NCBI GenBank assembly: GCA_963736955.1
Contig: CAVTQT010000002.1
Coordinates: 248,302-312,301 of the forward strand
Origin: an uncultured Pseudomonadota bacterium
Lineage (GTDB): Bacteria > Pseudomonadota > Gammaproteobacteria > Steroidobacterales > Steroidobacteraceae
Length of the DNA stretch: 64,000 nt
Direction of reading: 5' to 3'
Shown here: positions 39,464 through 49,976 of the stretch, piece after piece
Layout of the letters: each line of letters opens with the position of its first letter
Position numbering within the stretch: the stretch's first letter is position 1
Notes under the pieces: model-generated
What the model saw: only the letters and a program-made list of their open reading frames with translations
What the model was told of the DNA's origin: nothing
Database searches by the model: none
Translations under genes and position numbers: made by a program

Positions 39464-40028
39464 CAATCACGCGGACCACTCGACTTCGGATCTGCTGGCG
39501 TACTGGCTCGGCGAACTCGATGAAGCCAGCGCGGATTCCGTCGAGGAACATCTGTTCCGCTGCGACGCCTGCGGCGCACGCCTGCGTGAGCTCATTCTGT
39601 TGGGCGGTGCGGTGCGCAACGCCCTGCTGAAGGGCGAATTCGGGACGGTGGTGACGCCCTCCTTCACTCGCCGGTTGAGCGCCGCGGGCGTCCGGATCCG
39701 CGAGTACCACCTGGAGCCGGGCGGCAGCGTCAACTGCACGGTGGCGCCCGAGGACGATCTGGTGATCTCGCATCTGCGCGCGGAGGTCGGTGATGTGCGC
39801 CAGATCGACCTGGTCGTCGATGACGGGGATGGCGGCTCGACGCATCGTTCCCGGCACATTGCCTTCAATGCGGGTACGGGCGAAGTCACGTTCATTCCGC
39901 CGGTTGCACTGCTTCGGACGCTGGGAAAAGACCGCCAGCGCATGCGCCTGATGGCGGTCGATAAATCGTCCGAGCGCCTGCTGGGCGAGTACACGTTCAA
40001 TCATTCGTCCTACGACCCGCGCGGCTGA
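39453..40028 (+). CDS. zf-HC2 anti-sigma factor, apparently soluble (no TM segment)
   Basis: The ATG overlaps the sigma gene end by 11 nt. The motif is H-x3-C-x2-C (EEHLFRCDACGARL). Confidence 0.6.
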   Translation: MTPDNHADHSTSDLLAYWLGELDEASADSVEEHLFRCDACGARLRELILLGGAVRNALLKGEFGTVVTPSFTRRLSAAGVRIREYHLEPGGSVNCTVAPEDDLVISHLRAEVGDVRQIDLVVDDGDGGSTHRSRHIAFNAGTGEVTFIPPVALLRTLGKDRQRMRLMAVDKSSERLLGEYTFNHSSYDPRG

Positions 40029-40088
40029 TGTCGAATCGGGGCTGGCCCGTTCGGCTACCTCCTGAACCCTCACATCAGGAGTCAGGAC

Positions 40089-40730
40089 ATGCGTCGTTCA
40101 GCCACTTTTGCCGCGCTTGCGCTGGCAGCCACATCCCCGTTCGCGGTGGCGCTGGATAGCGGCGGCGCGCCGCCGGTGCCGGCGGGCGCATACACGCTCG
40201 ACAAGACCCACACCAGCCTCATCTTTCGCGTGAGCCACATGGGCTTTTCCACGTACACCGGCCGATTCACGAAGGTCGATGCGAAGCTCGACTTCGACCC
40301 CACTCGAGTCGCCAATTCGCGTGTCAACGTGACGATCGACCCGCGCTCGATCAACGCCGACAACGCGCCGTCGGGCTTTCTCGAAATGCTGAGCGGCAAG
40401 GACTGGCTGGACGCCGCGAAATTTCCCGAGATGGCGTTTCGCTCGAAGACCGTCGAGGTCACGGGCGCTAACACCTTCCGTGTCCGCGGCGAGCTCACGC
40501 TGCACGGCGCCACCAAGCCAGTCGTGCTCAACGCGAGTTACAACGGCGGCTACGCCGGCCATCCCATGGACCCGAATGCGCGCATTGGCTTCTCGGCGCG
40601 AGGCAAGTTCAAGCGTTCAGACTTCGGTGTGTCGATCGGCATCCCAGAGCCCGGCACGAACATGGGCGTAGGTGATGAGGTCGAGGTGGTTCTGGAATCG
40701 GAGTTCAACGGGCCGCCGCTCGCGAAGTAG
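40089..40730 (+). CDS. YceI family periplasmic polyisoprenoid-binding protein
   Basis: Signal peptide present. Family motifs are YTLDKTHTSLIFRVSHMGFS…G.F and …GELTLHGATKPV…. Confidence 0.85.
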   Translation: MRRSATFAALALAATSPFAVALDSGGAPPVPAGAYTLDKTHTSLIFRVSHMGFSTYTGRFTKVDAKLDFDPTRVANSRVNVTIDPRSINADNAPSGFLEMLSGKDWLDAAKFPEMAFRSKTVEVTGANTFRVRGELTLHGATKPVVLNASYNGGYAGHPMDPNARIGFSARGKFKRSDFGVSIGIPEPGTNMGVGDEVEVVLESEFNGPPLAK

Positions 40731-40782
40731 ATGGGGTGGGGCCCACCCAACGCACTGCGTCGAGGCGCCGGACTCCAATCTA

Positions 40783-40808
40783 GAAAACGGGGCCTGACCC
40801 CATTTCCC
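40783..40808. repeat. REP-family half element
   Basis: GAAAACGGGGCCTGACCCCATTTCCC has the same core as the 37999 and 54886 palindromes. Confidence 0.5.
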
Positions 40809-40859
40809 GGTTGCCACAATTTGGAGGGATGACCGGGATCGTATGCCTACAATCCCGGC

Positions 40860-41912
40860 ATGAAAGGCAGCACGAATCGAGCACTGTTTGGCCTGTGGGC
40901 GTTGTTCTGGCTGCTCATGATCGTGATCGCCCTGCAGGATGACCTCGGCGACGCGAGCGTACAGTGGTGGGAGCCCATTCTCTGGGAAGGCAGCTCCTGC
41001 CTGGTCGCCACGTTCTGGCTGGTGCTCGAGCGGCGCGGCGCGAACCACTGGAACCAATACCTCGCGGATCCCTGGCGTTGGTTCGGCAAACACCTGGCGT
41101 GGATGCCGCTGATCGCCGTCACCTTCATTGTCGCGATATACGGCATCCGCCACGGCGTCTACGCGCTGACTACCGAAACATACGAGCACGAATCCTGGCC
41201 GTACATCTTCTTCTATGAGTCGGTCAAACTAGTCCTGTTCGCCGGGCTGTGGCTCGGCATCATCTTCGGGCTCGAGAGCTTTGCGCGCTGGCGCAAGGAG
41301 CGCGAGCAGCTCCTCACGCTGCAAAAGCACCTGGCCGAATCGCAGCTCGCGCAGCTCAAGGCGCAGCTCCAGCCGCATTTCCTGTTCAATGCGCTCAACA
41401 CCATTTCGTCGCTCATGCAGGTGGACGTGGCGCGCGCTGATCGATTGCTGACGCGCCTGGCCGATCTGTTGCGCGCGAGCCTGCAGGCGAGCGCGCGCGA
41501 CATGACCTCGCTGCGCGAGGAACTCAAGCTGCTGGAGCTCTACGCGCAGATCATGCAGGAGCGTTTCGCGGGGCGTGTCACGCTCACCTGGAACGTTGCG
41601 GACGATGCGCTCGAGGCGCAGGTTCCCGCCCTGCTGCTGCAGCCGCTGCTCGAAAATGCCTTCAAACATGGCGTGGAGCGAAGTCGGGACCTGGTGAAAA
41701 TCCAGGTCACGGCCGAAAAGCTGCGCGATGAACTGCAGGTGACTATCTCCAACAGCGAGTCGACATTGTCGACGGCGCCTTCGTCCGGCATCGGCCTTCG
41801 CAACTGTCGCGAGCGCCTGCAACTCATCTACGGCGCGCGCGCCAGTCTCGAGCTCACGGAGCAAGGCGGCGGCGTCACTGCGCGACTCACGCTGCCTTAC
41901 ACGAGGCCATGA
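40860..41912 (+). CDS. LytS/YehU-type sensor histidine kinase (second copy)
   Basis: The N-terminus has 4-5 TM segments. The H box is QPHFLFNALNTISSLM. HATPase motifs are LLLQPLLENAFKHG and GIGLRNCRERL. Confidence 0.85.
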   Translation: MKGSTNRALFGLWALFWLLMIVIALQDDLGDASVQWWEPILWEGSSCLVATFWLVLERRGANHWNQYLADPWRWFGKHLAWMPLIAVTFIVAIYGIRHGVYALTTETYEHESWPYIFFYESVKLVLFAGLWLGIIFGLESFARWRKEREQLLTLQKHLAESQLAQLKAQLQPHFLFNALNTISSLMQVDVARADRLLTRLADLLRASLQASARDMTSLREELKLLELYAQIMQERFAGRVTLTWNVADDALEAQVPALLLQPLLENAFKHGVERSRDLVKIQVTAEKLRDELQVTISNSESTLSTAPSSGIGLRNCRERLQLIYGARASLELTEQGGGVTARLTLPYTRP

Positions 41913-42650
41913 TGCGTGTCCTCATCGTTGACGACGAAGCACCCGCGCGCGACAAGCTGCGACGCTGGCTCGCCGAGCAACCCGATATCGCACTGGTCGG
42001 GGAATGCAGCGACGGCCTGGAAGCCGCGGCTTCGATCGCACGTCTGCAACCCGACGCAGCGTTCCTCGATATCCAGATGCCCGGCATGAGCGGGCTGGAA
42101 GTCGCGGCGCAGCTCGAGCCGGCGCTGGCGCCAATGCTGGTGTTCGTCACCGCCTACGACGAGCACGCGATCAAGGCGTTCGACCTGAATGCCATCGACT
42201 ACCTACTCAAGCCCTATGACAAGGATCGCCTGCACAAGACGCTGGAAAGGTTGCGCGGGCGGCGCGGCGACGCGCCGGCGTCCAGCGTCATCGGCCATCC
42301 GCACGGCGCGCGCGCAGACCGGCTCGTCCGAGCGCCTGCTGGTGCCGCAGGGCGAGCAGTTGCAGCTCATCGACGCGAGCTCCATTCACTGGATCGAGGC
42401 CGACGACAACTACGTGCATGTACACACCGCGCAGGCACGCTACATGCTGCGGCGCACGTTGTCAGATCTGCTGATGCAGCTCGGCGAGCGATTCACGCGC
42501 ATCCACAAGTCCGCGGCGGTGAACATCGCAGAGGTGAAGTCCCTGTCACCCCTGTTCAAGGGCGATCATGAAGTGCACATGCGCAGCGGCGCGGTGCTGC
42601 GGCTGAGCCGGCGATTCAAAGACGAGCTGTTCGGGAAAATGGGTGGGTAG
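41909..42650 (+). pseudogene. LytR/AlgR family response regulator, one frame disruption near 42290-42330
   Basis: REC (VLIVDDE, FLDIQMPG) is in the 41909 frame. LytTR (…IHWIEADDNYVHVHT…FTRIHKSAAVNI…) is in the 42189 frame. ATGA overlaps the kinase stop. Confidence 0.8.
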
Positions 42651-42665
42651 CCAATTCGTTCCAGG

Positions 42666-43667
42666 CTACGCGCCAAGTTCGGCAATCAATTCCCGATAAG
42701 TCTCGAAGGCGGGTTTCGGGCTGTAGTCATCGCGCAGGATCCCGAACTGATGAAAAAGATCCGGATTGGCACTGTTCCCGTCACGCAAGGCGAACAATTC
42801 ATAGTGCGTGACGTTGAAAGCGGTGCGTTGCGCGTAGACGGCGCGGACGATCGCCTCTATCACTGTCGCCTGTTTCTCCGGCGTGCGCGCCTCGCCAGTC
42901 GGCCAGCCGTTCTCCGTAATGTGGATCGGCACCGAGTCCGGTATGTTTGCCGCCGCGAAATTGATCCGGCGCAAGTTCGTCAGCAGGAAGGTGATGGCGT
43001 CGCGCATTTTTTCCAGGTAATTGCCCGGAGAGAAGGGGCGGAACACGTCCGGGTAACAGTCCAGTCCGACGTAGTCCAGGGCGTCGAGGAAAGGTTGCTG
43101 CCCCAACGCCGCGATGCCCGGCCAGAAATCGTCAGCGGGATTAAATGTAGGGACCACATTGAATCCCACCTGAACATCGAGGCCCAAGCGGCGGGATTCT
43201 TCTTTCGCCGCGACCACACCACGCACCAACGCCTTCCTGACGTGGGGGAACCCGCCGTCCGCGGAGCCCGGCGCCGTGGAGAGGTTAGGTTCTTCTGTGA
43301 TCTGAATCTTGGCCAACTGCCTGCCGTATCTCCTGATGTGATCCCTGATGAAGCTGAGCCATTCCGTCAGGTCTTCGCCGGAGTCGCGAAAACACAGGAC
43401 CAGATCGAGTTGCCTGCCGCCGCTCAGGTACTGCGTCACGTCCACCGGATGGTCGCTGTCAGCAGCGCCCGCAGACGAGCGGCTGAAGTGTTTATAGACG
43501 CGCACCAGCAATGGCCGCCCCTCGGCTTGCAGTCGATCCAGTGCTAGTTTGATCTGTGACGGGACATCGGGCGGCCCTTCAGTCAAACCTGTTTGTGTGC
43601 CGGCTACCCCGCCCGGGTAGATGCCAAAGGTCAGTTGAGACCTGTCGCTCGACATCGCGGCGGACAA
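42666..43667 (-). CDS. clan GH-A TIM-barrel glycoside hydrolase (GH17-like)
   Basis: The two candidate catalytic Glu contexts are ITEEPN and HITENGWPTG. I see no signal peptide. Confidence 0.5.
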   Translation of the reverse strand: MSAAMSSDRSQLTFGIYPGGVAGTQTGLTEGPPDVPSQIKLALDRLQAEGRPLLVRVYKHFSRSSAGAADSDHPVDVTQYLSGGRQLDLVLCFRDSGEDLTEWLSFIRDHIRRYGRQLAKIQITEEPNLSTAPGSADGGFPHVRKALVRGVVAAKEESRRLGLDVQVGFNVVPTFNPADDFWPGIAALGQQPFLDALDYVGLDCYPDVFRPFSPGNYLEKMRDAITFLLTNLRRINFAAANIPDSVPIHITENGWPTGEARTPEKQATVIEAIVRAVYAQRTAFNVTHYELFALRDGNSANPDLFHQFGILRDDYSPKPAFETYRELIAELGA

Positions 43668-44054
43668 CTAGGGAAGCGGGCTAGTGAGTACGACGGTGTA
43701 TCCGTCGAGGTCCCGCAGCCAAAATTCCCAGTTCCCGTTTTCACTTAGCTGGCGCTCCTTGATCGTCGTCACCTTCATGTCCGCCGCGCGCCGCACGGCA
43801 TCGTCGAAATCGCCAAGTTCGAACCACAACAAGACGCCGTTGCCGTACGGACGAAGTTCTGGATCTCCGAGCGGACCATGGTCGTGCCCCACATCCCATC
43901 CATGCAGCTGCAGGATGAGCTGACTGCCAGCCATAAGCCGCTCATATTCATCACCCCCATGTCCACTGGTGCAGCCAAGCAGCTGCCGATACCAGGCGCT
44001 ACTGGCCGGGACATCGTGAACGCAGATGAGGGGCGCCAGTTGCAATTCAAGCCG
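43668..44054 (-). CDS. VOC/glyoxalase family protein
   Basis: Only the last 128 aa (from MRLELQLAPLICVHDV…) of the 339-aa ORF look real. The upstream part is a shadow of the opposite-strand acyltransferase gene. The stop abuts the GH gene start. Confidence 0.65.
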   Translation of the reverse strand, partial: RLELQLAPLICVHDVPASSAWYRQLLGCTSGHGGDEYERLMAGSQLILQLHGWDVGHDHGPLGDPELRPYGNGVLLWFELGDFDDAVRRAADMKVTTIKERQLSENGNWEFWLRDLDGYTVVLTSPLP

Positions 44055-44252
44055 CATAGATGCGGTGATGAAACAGGTCAAATGCGAGGAATGACATTCC
44101 GCAGCTCCGTGCCTGTGTCTGTGTCTGTTTCTGTTTTTACTACACCACGGGGCCGGCCTCATCGTCAAAGGCAATGCAAGTGAAGCGACCCCAATTGTCC
44201 CGCTTGCCACATTTTCAGCGCGGGATGAACGCGGTCGCGTGACGATCGCGCC

Positions 44253-45362
44253 ATGAACCAAACCACACCGACCCCGCGCTACGAATTCCTCGACTGGCTG
44301 CGAGTCCTGGCGATCCTCCTGCTGCTGTTCTTCCACACCGGCATGTTGTTCGTCGGCTGGGGCTGGCACATCACGAACGCCGAGACCATTCCCGCGCTGG
44401 AATTTCCCATGGATCTCGCGCATCGGTTGCGCATGCCACTGCTGTTCGTCATCGCCGGCGCCGGCATGTGGTTCGCGCTGAAGCGCCGCACCGGCAAGGC
44501 TTTCATCACCGAGCGCACCGGCCGTCTGCTGGTGCCGGCCATCATCGGCATGTTCCTCATCGTGCCGCCGCAGGTGTTCCTGGAGCGAGTGGCCCACGGG
44601 CAGTGGTCCGGCGGCTATCTCGATTTCATGTGGCAGCGTGTGTTCCAGTTCGAGCCCTACCCCGCCGGCGATTTCAGCTGGCATCACCTGTGGTTCATCA
44701 TCTATCTATATGTATACGTGCTGCTGCTCGTGCCGCTGCTGCTGTGGTGGCGCCGGGCGCGGCCCGAGCTGCGGCCTGGCGTCTGGATGTACGCGCTCGC
44801 GCTGCCGCTCGGGATCAACGAAGCGCTGCTCAAGCCGCTGTTCCCCGAGTCGCACAACCTCATCCACGACTGGTACATCTTCATCCACTATCTGCTGCTC
44901 ACGATCTACGGCTTCGTGCTCGCGTCGATGCCAGGCGCGTGGGATTGGTTTGCGAAGCACCGGCGCTGGTCGCTCGCCCTGGGTATCACCGTGTTGTCAG
45001 GCGGTCTCGCGCTCATCGAGGCCGGCGTGATCCATCGCGACACCGCGGCGGATTCGGTGTTCGCCAACATCTTCACCTGGACGTGGTTGCTGGTATTTCT
45101 CGGCTACGGTCGCCAGCACCTGAGCTTCAGCAATCGCCTGCTCACGTGGGCGCGCGATGCCGGCTATCCGGTCTACATCCTGCACCAGACCGTGATCATC
45201 ATGATCGCGTTCAAGGTGATTCAGCAGCCGTGGGGCGCGTGGACGAAGTACTGGGTGGTGTTGGGCGCAACGCTGCTCACCTGCGTGCTGCTCTATGAAT
45301 ATCGTGCTGCGACGCTTCGCGGTGACGCGCGTGGCGTTCGGAATCAAGACGCACGCAAATGA
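44253..45362 (+). CDS. acyltransferase 3 family membrane protein
   Basis: The N-terminal motif is YEFLDWLRVLAILLLLFFH. About 10 TM segments. Confidence 0.8.
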   Translation: MNQTTPTPRYEFLDWLRVLAILLLLFFHTGMLFVGWGWHITNAETIPALEFPMDLAHRLRMPLLFVIAGAGMWFALKRRTGKAFITERTGRLLVPAIIGMFLIVPPQVFLERVAHGQWSGGYLDFMWQRVFQFEPYPAGDFSWHHLWFIIYLYVYVLLLVPLLLWWRRARPELRPGVWMYALALPLGINEALLKPLFPESHNLIHDWYIFIHYLLLTIYGFVLASMPGAWDWFAKHRRWSLALGITVLSGGLALIEAGVIHRDTAADSVFANIFTWTWLLVFLGYGRQHLSFSNRLLTWARDAGYPVYILHQTVIIMIAFKVIQQPWGAWTKYWVVLGATLLTCVLLYEYRAATLRGDARGVRNQDARK

Positions 45363-45367
45363 GGTCC

Positions 45368-45418
45368 GGCCCCATTTACAGGAAATGGGGAGTGTCCCCA
45401 TTTGCGAATGTGGGAATC
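45368..45418. repeat. REP-family variant (overlapping CCCCATTT / AAATGGGG palindromes)
   Basis: GGCCCCATTTACAGGAAATGGGGAGTGTCCCCATTTGCGAATGTGGGAATCG. Confidence 0.5.
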
Positions 45419-45490
45419 GTCCGCCACGCGCGCAGTAGTCCTCCGACCTTTTCGCCCGCCGACAACTGCCATGCTGGCCGTACGGAGGCC

Positions 45491-46672
45491 ATGTGGTGTG
45501 GCGATGTTCACGAATCAAACATTGTTTGTGGGTTGCTGCTGCCGATGACTGCATTGGCACAGGAGCCCGTGAGCCCGCCTGCGCCCGCGACACCTGAAAC
45601 CGAACACAAGGTCAATGAGCCCGGGACGGCCGATACCACTCCGCCCGATCCCACGATGCTTGCGCCCAATCGCCTCGATCCTTTGAGCGACGATCCCGGG
45701 CAGCAGAACTACGACCCCACCAAGCCCAAGGAGCGGCCGGACTTCGCATACGAAATCCCCGATCCTGTTTCCGTGCCGTTCATCGACCGCGCGCACGTGG
45801 TGGTGTGGAACACAGTCTGGCGTTCGTCCATGCGCACGGATCAATGGTTCGGCAGCACGGCCGACGAGTCCCTCTATCAGCAAGCCAGCGGCTCGATCGC
45901 GCCCGCCCTGCTCTGGGACAGGTTTGACGGGCTGACGCCGCGCCTGCGTTTCGATGCGGACATGCCGCTACCTCATCTGAATGCGCGGCTACACGCCTTC
46001 ATCGGCCGCGTGAATCGCGACGAATACGTGACCGAGCGGTCGCCGCAGTCCGGCGCTTTCGCGAAACAATACGGCCCGCTCGAGGACGACGAGACCTTGT
46101 TTGGCATCCGCTATCGCGAACCCAAGCAGGGTGGCCATTTCACGGCGGACGCGGGCATTCGCTTACGCTCGCCGCCAGATCCCTTCGTGAAGGGCAGCTA
46201 TCGCTTCTATCGCGGCTCCTCCGAGCGCACGCTCTACAGCTTTCGTGAGACCGCCTTCTGGCAGGGCAGCGAGAAGTTTGGTTTCACCAGCCGCCTGGAC
46301 ATCGAGCGGATCATCAAAGACACGTGGATGCTGCGCTGGACCGGATCGGGCACCATTTCCCAGGAAACCGAAGGCGTCAGAGGCTACACCGCCCTCACAA
46401 TGATTCGCGGCCTGCCGCTCCGCCGTGCGATCGCGGCCGAAGTGTTCACCACCGGCGAGTTCGAAGCCCCCGTGCCCACCGAAAACTACGGCGTGAAAGT
46501 CGCCTACCGGCGCAGCGTCGCGCGCGACTGGCTGGTGATGGAAACCCGCGTGAGCTGCACCTTCCCGCGCGAAGAGCTCACGCAGAAGCGCATCACGAAC
46601 TGGGGCGTCGGCATCGGCTTCGAGATGTTCTTTGGCACCAGCGATTTCCTGGCGAGGCCGGTCACCTTCTAG
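45491..46672 (+). CDS. hypothetical outer-membrane beta-barrel-like protein
   Basis: Alternating amphipathic strands with a C-terminal …ARPVTF (terminal Phe). The start is uncertain. A good signal peptide (MFTNQTLFVG-LLLPMTALA|QEP) appears only if a 1-nt indel is assumed near 45530. Confidence 0.4.
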   Translation: MWCGDVHESNIVCGLLLPMTALAQEPVSPPAPATPETEHKVNEPGTADTTPPDPTMLAPNRLDPLSDDPGQQNYDPTKPKERPDFAYEIPDPVSVPFIDRAHVVVWNTVWRSSMRTDQWFGSTADESLYQQASGSIAPALLWDRFDGLTPRLRFDADMPLPHLNARLHAFIGRVNRDEYVTERSPQSGAFAKQYGPLEDDETLFGIRYREPKQGGHFTADAGIRLRSPPDPFVKGSYRFYRGSSERTLYSFRETAFWQGSEKFGFTSRLDIERIIKDTWMLRWTGSGTISQETEGVRGYTALTMIRGLPLRRAIAAEVFTTGEFEAPVPTENYGVKVAYRRSVARDWLVMETRVSCTFPREELTQKRITNWGVGIGFEMFFGTSDFLARPVTF

Positions 46673-46764
46673 CCCCGTCAATCCAGGCCTGCGGATACTA
46701 GCGAGTGCCATCGATCGCGATCTGCGAAACAATGCGGCATCGCAAATTGGAATCCGGAGGCCGT

Positions 46765-47178
46765 ATGAAAGCTCTCGCGCTTGCCGCCGTCTCGATGATG
46801 CTCGGCGCAGCCACGGCTGACGAAATCGCGCCACCGCCCAAGGCGACGACGCTCATGACCCGCGATCTCGAAGGCATCGCCGGCAAGGAGATGCTGGTGC
46901 TGGTCGTCGAATATCCGCCCGGCGGCGTGTCGCCCCCGCATCGGCACGACGCATCCGTCTTTGTCTACGTGCTCGAAGGCGCCGTGACCATGCAGGTTTC
47001 TGGCGCCGCACCGGTCACACTGCATGCGGGTGAAACATTCTATGAGGCGCCCGGCGACGTCCACGTGACGTCGGCAAATGCCAGCAGCAGCGTGCCTGCA
47101 AAGTTCCTCGTGTACATGGTCAAGGGCAAGGGCGTGCCACCATCGATTCCCGTCGCGGGTATCACGCCTGGAGGCTAG
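46765..47178 (+). CDS. secreted cupin domain protein
   Basis: The signal peptide is MKALALAAVSMMLGAATA. The cupin motifs are PPGGVSPPHRHD and …GETFYEAPGDVH. Confidence 0.7.
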   Translation: MKALALAAVSMMLGAATADEIAPPPKATTLMTRDLEGIAGKEMLVLVVEYPPGGVSPPHRHDASVFVYVLEGAVTMQVSGAAPVTLHAGETFYEAPGDVHVTSANASSSVPAKFLVYMVKGKGVPPSIPVAGITPGG

Positions 47179-47182
47179 CGAC

Positions 47183-47742
47183 CTGGCCGAACTACTGCAT
47201 CAATACGGCTATCTGCTGGTCTTTCTCGGCACCCTGGTCGAGGGGGAGTCGTTGTTGATGCTCGCCGGATACTTCGCGCACAGCGGCTATCTGGATCTGG
47301 GCGCCGTGATCGCCACCGCATTCGTGGGCGCGGTGTGTGGCGACCAGTTCTTCTTTCACGTCGGCCGCAACCATGCCACGCGATTGTTCGAGCGATTTCC
47401 GAGGCTGCACGACAAGGTCCTGATCGCCGTGCATCGCGCCGAGCGTCACCAGAATCTCGTGGTGTTGAGCATGCGGTTCCTGTGGGGCCTGCGCATTGCA
47501 CTGCCGCTGGCGATGGGCATGACCCGCATGAACGGCAAGAAGTTTTTCTGGCTGAACCTGGCGTCCGCTGCCGTCTGGGCTGCGTTGTTCGGATCGCTCG
47601 GCTACGGCACGCGCAAACTCGTCACGAGATGGTCGACAACCTGCATCGCTACGAGTGGTGGATCGCCGGCGGCTTGGGTCTGGGCGCCGCCCTCATCTTC
47701 GGAATTCGATGGTTGGGCGCTCGCCGGCCGGCCAGGATGTAG
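47183..47742 (+). pseudogene. DedA family membrane protein, one frame disruption near 47625; start unresolved
   Basis: DedA motifs are LLHQYGYLLVFLGTLVEGES and …GDQFFFHVGR… The C-terminal TM (…YEWWIAGGLGLGAALIFGI…) is in another frame. There is no canonical start codon just upstream of the conserved N-terminus. Confidence 0.65.
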
Positions 47743-47830
47743 TTCGATTCCTACACGCGTCGGGCATTCCTCCGGGGTGGGACCGGGGTAACCCGGGCTA
47801 GACTTGGCGTCCTTTTACGCCGTTGAAGTA

Positions 47831-49962
47831 ATGCCCAGATCGATGAGTACTACCGAGCCGATCATCCAGGACCTCGCCGACTCGAAGCGATCCGAAGAAA
47901 TGCTGAGCCACCTCGCGGCAGTTATCGAGTATTCGGACGACGCGATCATCACGAAAACGCTGAACGGCGATCATTTCTTCGTGGAATCCCGGGGCGCAAC
48001 GTCTGTTCGGCTATACGGCGGCAGAGGCGATCGGGAAGCCGGTCACGATGCTGATCCCGGACAATCATCTCGACGAGGAGCCGGGCATTCTCGACCGCCT
48101 GCGGCGCGGCGAACGCATCGATCACTACGAGACCATTCGCCGCCGCAAGGATGGCGAGCTCATCAACGTTTCACTCACGGTCTCGCCAATCAAGGACGGC
48201 ACCGGCCGCATCATCGGCGCTTCGAAGATCGCGCGCGACATCACGCGCCAGAAGCGCGCCGAGGAACTCATCCGCGAGCAGGCGCACGTACTCGCGCTGC
48301 TCGACACCACCGGCAGGACGATCGCCTCGCAACTCGACCTGCAGAACGTCCTGCAGACCGTGACGGACACCGCGACGCAACTGACCGGCGCGAAGTTCGG
48401 CGCATTCTTCTACAACGTCATCAGCGACCAGGGCGAGGCATTCCTGCTCTACACCTTGTCGGGCGCGCCGCGCGAGGCGTTCGAGAAATTCGGGCTGCCG
48501 CGCAATACGGCGATTTTCAATCCCACCTTCACCGGCAAGGGCGTGGTGCGCTCGCCAGACATCACCAAAGATCCCCGCTACGGCAAGATGGCGCCGCATC
48601 ACGGCATGCCCAAGGGACACCTGCCGGTGCGCAGCTATCTGGCGGTGCCGGTGATCTCGCGCTCCGGCGACGTCATGGGCGGACTGTTCTTCGGCCATCC
48701 CGAACCCGACCGGTTCACCGAACGCGCAGAACAGCTGGTGGTCGGCGTCGCGGCACAGGCGACCGTGGCGATGGACAACGCGCGCCTCTACGAGGCGGCG
48801 CAGCGCGAAATCGCCAGCCGCGAGCGTGCCGAAGCCGCGCTGCGCGAGACGGATCAACGCAAGGACGAGTTCCTGGCCACGCTGGCACATGAGCTGCGCA
48901 ATCCGCTCGCTCCGATCCGGCAAGCCACCATGATCTCGATGTCTCGCGGGCGCCAGTGACGAGCAAAAACAATGGAGCCACGAGGTCATCACGCGACAGG
49001 TCCGGCACATGTCTTTGCTGCTCGACGACCTGCTCGATATTTCGCGCATCACCCGCGGCACGCTCGAGCTGCGCACCGAGATGGCCGATCTCGCGGAGGT
49101 AGTGGACGCGGCGATAGAAACTTCGCGGCCCGTCATCGACTCGAAACATCACTCGCTGCAGCTGGATCTGCCGGCTGAGCCGACGCACTTTGCCGCGGAC
49201 CCGTTGCGCCTTGCGCAAGTGCTTTCCAATCTGCTCACGAACGCCGCGAAATACACCGACCCTCGTGGGACGATTCAGGTTCGCGCCACTGCGGACGACC
49301 AGCAACGTCGAAATATCCGTCACCGACAGCGGCGTCGGCCTCACACAAGACGCGCTGTCCGCGGTGTTCACCATGTTCTCGCAGGTGAGATCGACGCAGG
49401 ATCGTTCCGAAGGTGGGCTGGGCATCGGCCTTGCGCTCTCGAAAGGAGTCGTCGAGCTTCATGGCGGAACCATCGAAGCACACAGCGCCGGCCCGGGCAA
49501 GGGAAGTGAGTTCATCGTGCGCATTCCGCGCCGAACCGTCGCTGGATCGTTGCAAGCGACGACGACGGCCACGGCGCCGCGCACAGACGCACAAGCGGCG
49601 CGTGCTCATCGCCGACGACAATCGGGACGCCGCGGACAGCCTTTCGATGCTTCTGCAGATGGCGCGGTCACGAGGTCACCGTCGCATACGACGGACAGCA
49701 GGCGCTGGAAAGCATCGAGACCTCGCGGCCGGAGGTTGCGCTGCTCGACATCGGAATGCCGGGGCTCGACGGTTACGAAGTGGCGCGGCGCGTGCGTCTC
49801 GATATCCGCATCAGGAATACGTTGTTGATTGCCGTCACCGGCTGGGGACAGGCGAGCGACAAGGCGCGTGCCCTGGCGGCCGGGTTTGACCTGCACTTCA
49901 CCAAGCCCGTCGAGCCAGCAACACTGATCGATCTGCTGGGCAAAAAGCTGTCGACCCGTTAG
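47831..49962 (+). pseudogene. PAS-GAF hybrid sensor histidine kinase/response regulator, about 5 frame disruptions
   Basis: The conserved sequence jumps frames near 47972, 48950, 49305, 49530-49590 and 49665. The order is PAS (…SWNPGAQRLFGYTAAEAIGKPV…), GAF (…YLAVPVISRSGDVMGGLFFGH…), HisKA (DEFLATLAHELRNPLAPI), HATPase (DSGVGL, GGLGIGLALSKG, GKGSEFIVRIP) and REC (VLIADDNRDAADSL…DIGMPGLDGYE…TGWGQ). Confidence 0.8.
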
Positions 49963-49976
49963 AGCTACAATGCCGC

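Noticed and set aside
40728-40745. The GGGTGGGGCCCACCC palindrome right after the YceI stop as a terminator.
   Set aside because: The arms are separated by about 1 nt, so no viable loop can form, and there is no T-tract. It is probably just a GC-rich palindrome.
43668-44687. A 339-aa ORF on the minus strand.
   Set aside because: Only the C-terminal 128 aa (the VOC domain from MRLELQ…) are credible. The N-terminal 210 aa are antisense to the well-supported acyltransferase-3 gene.
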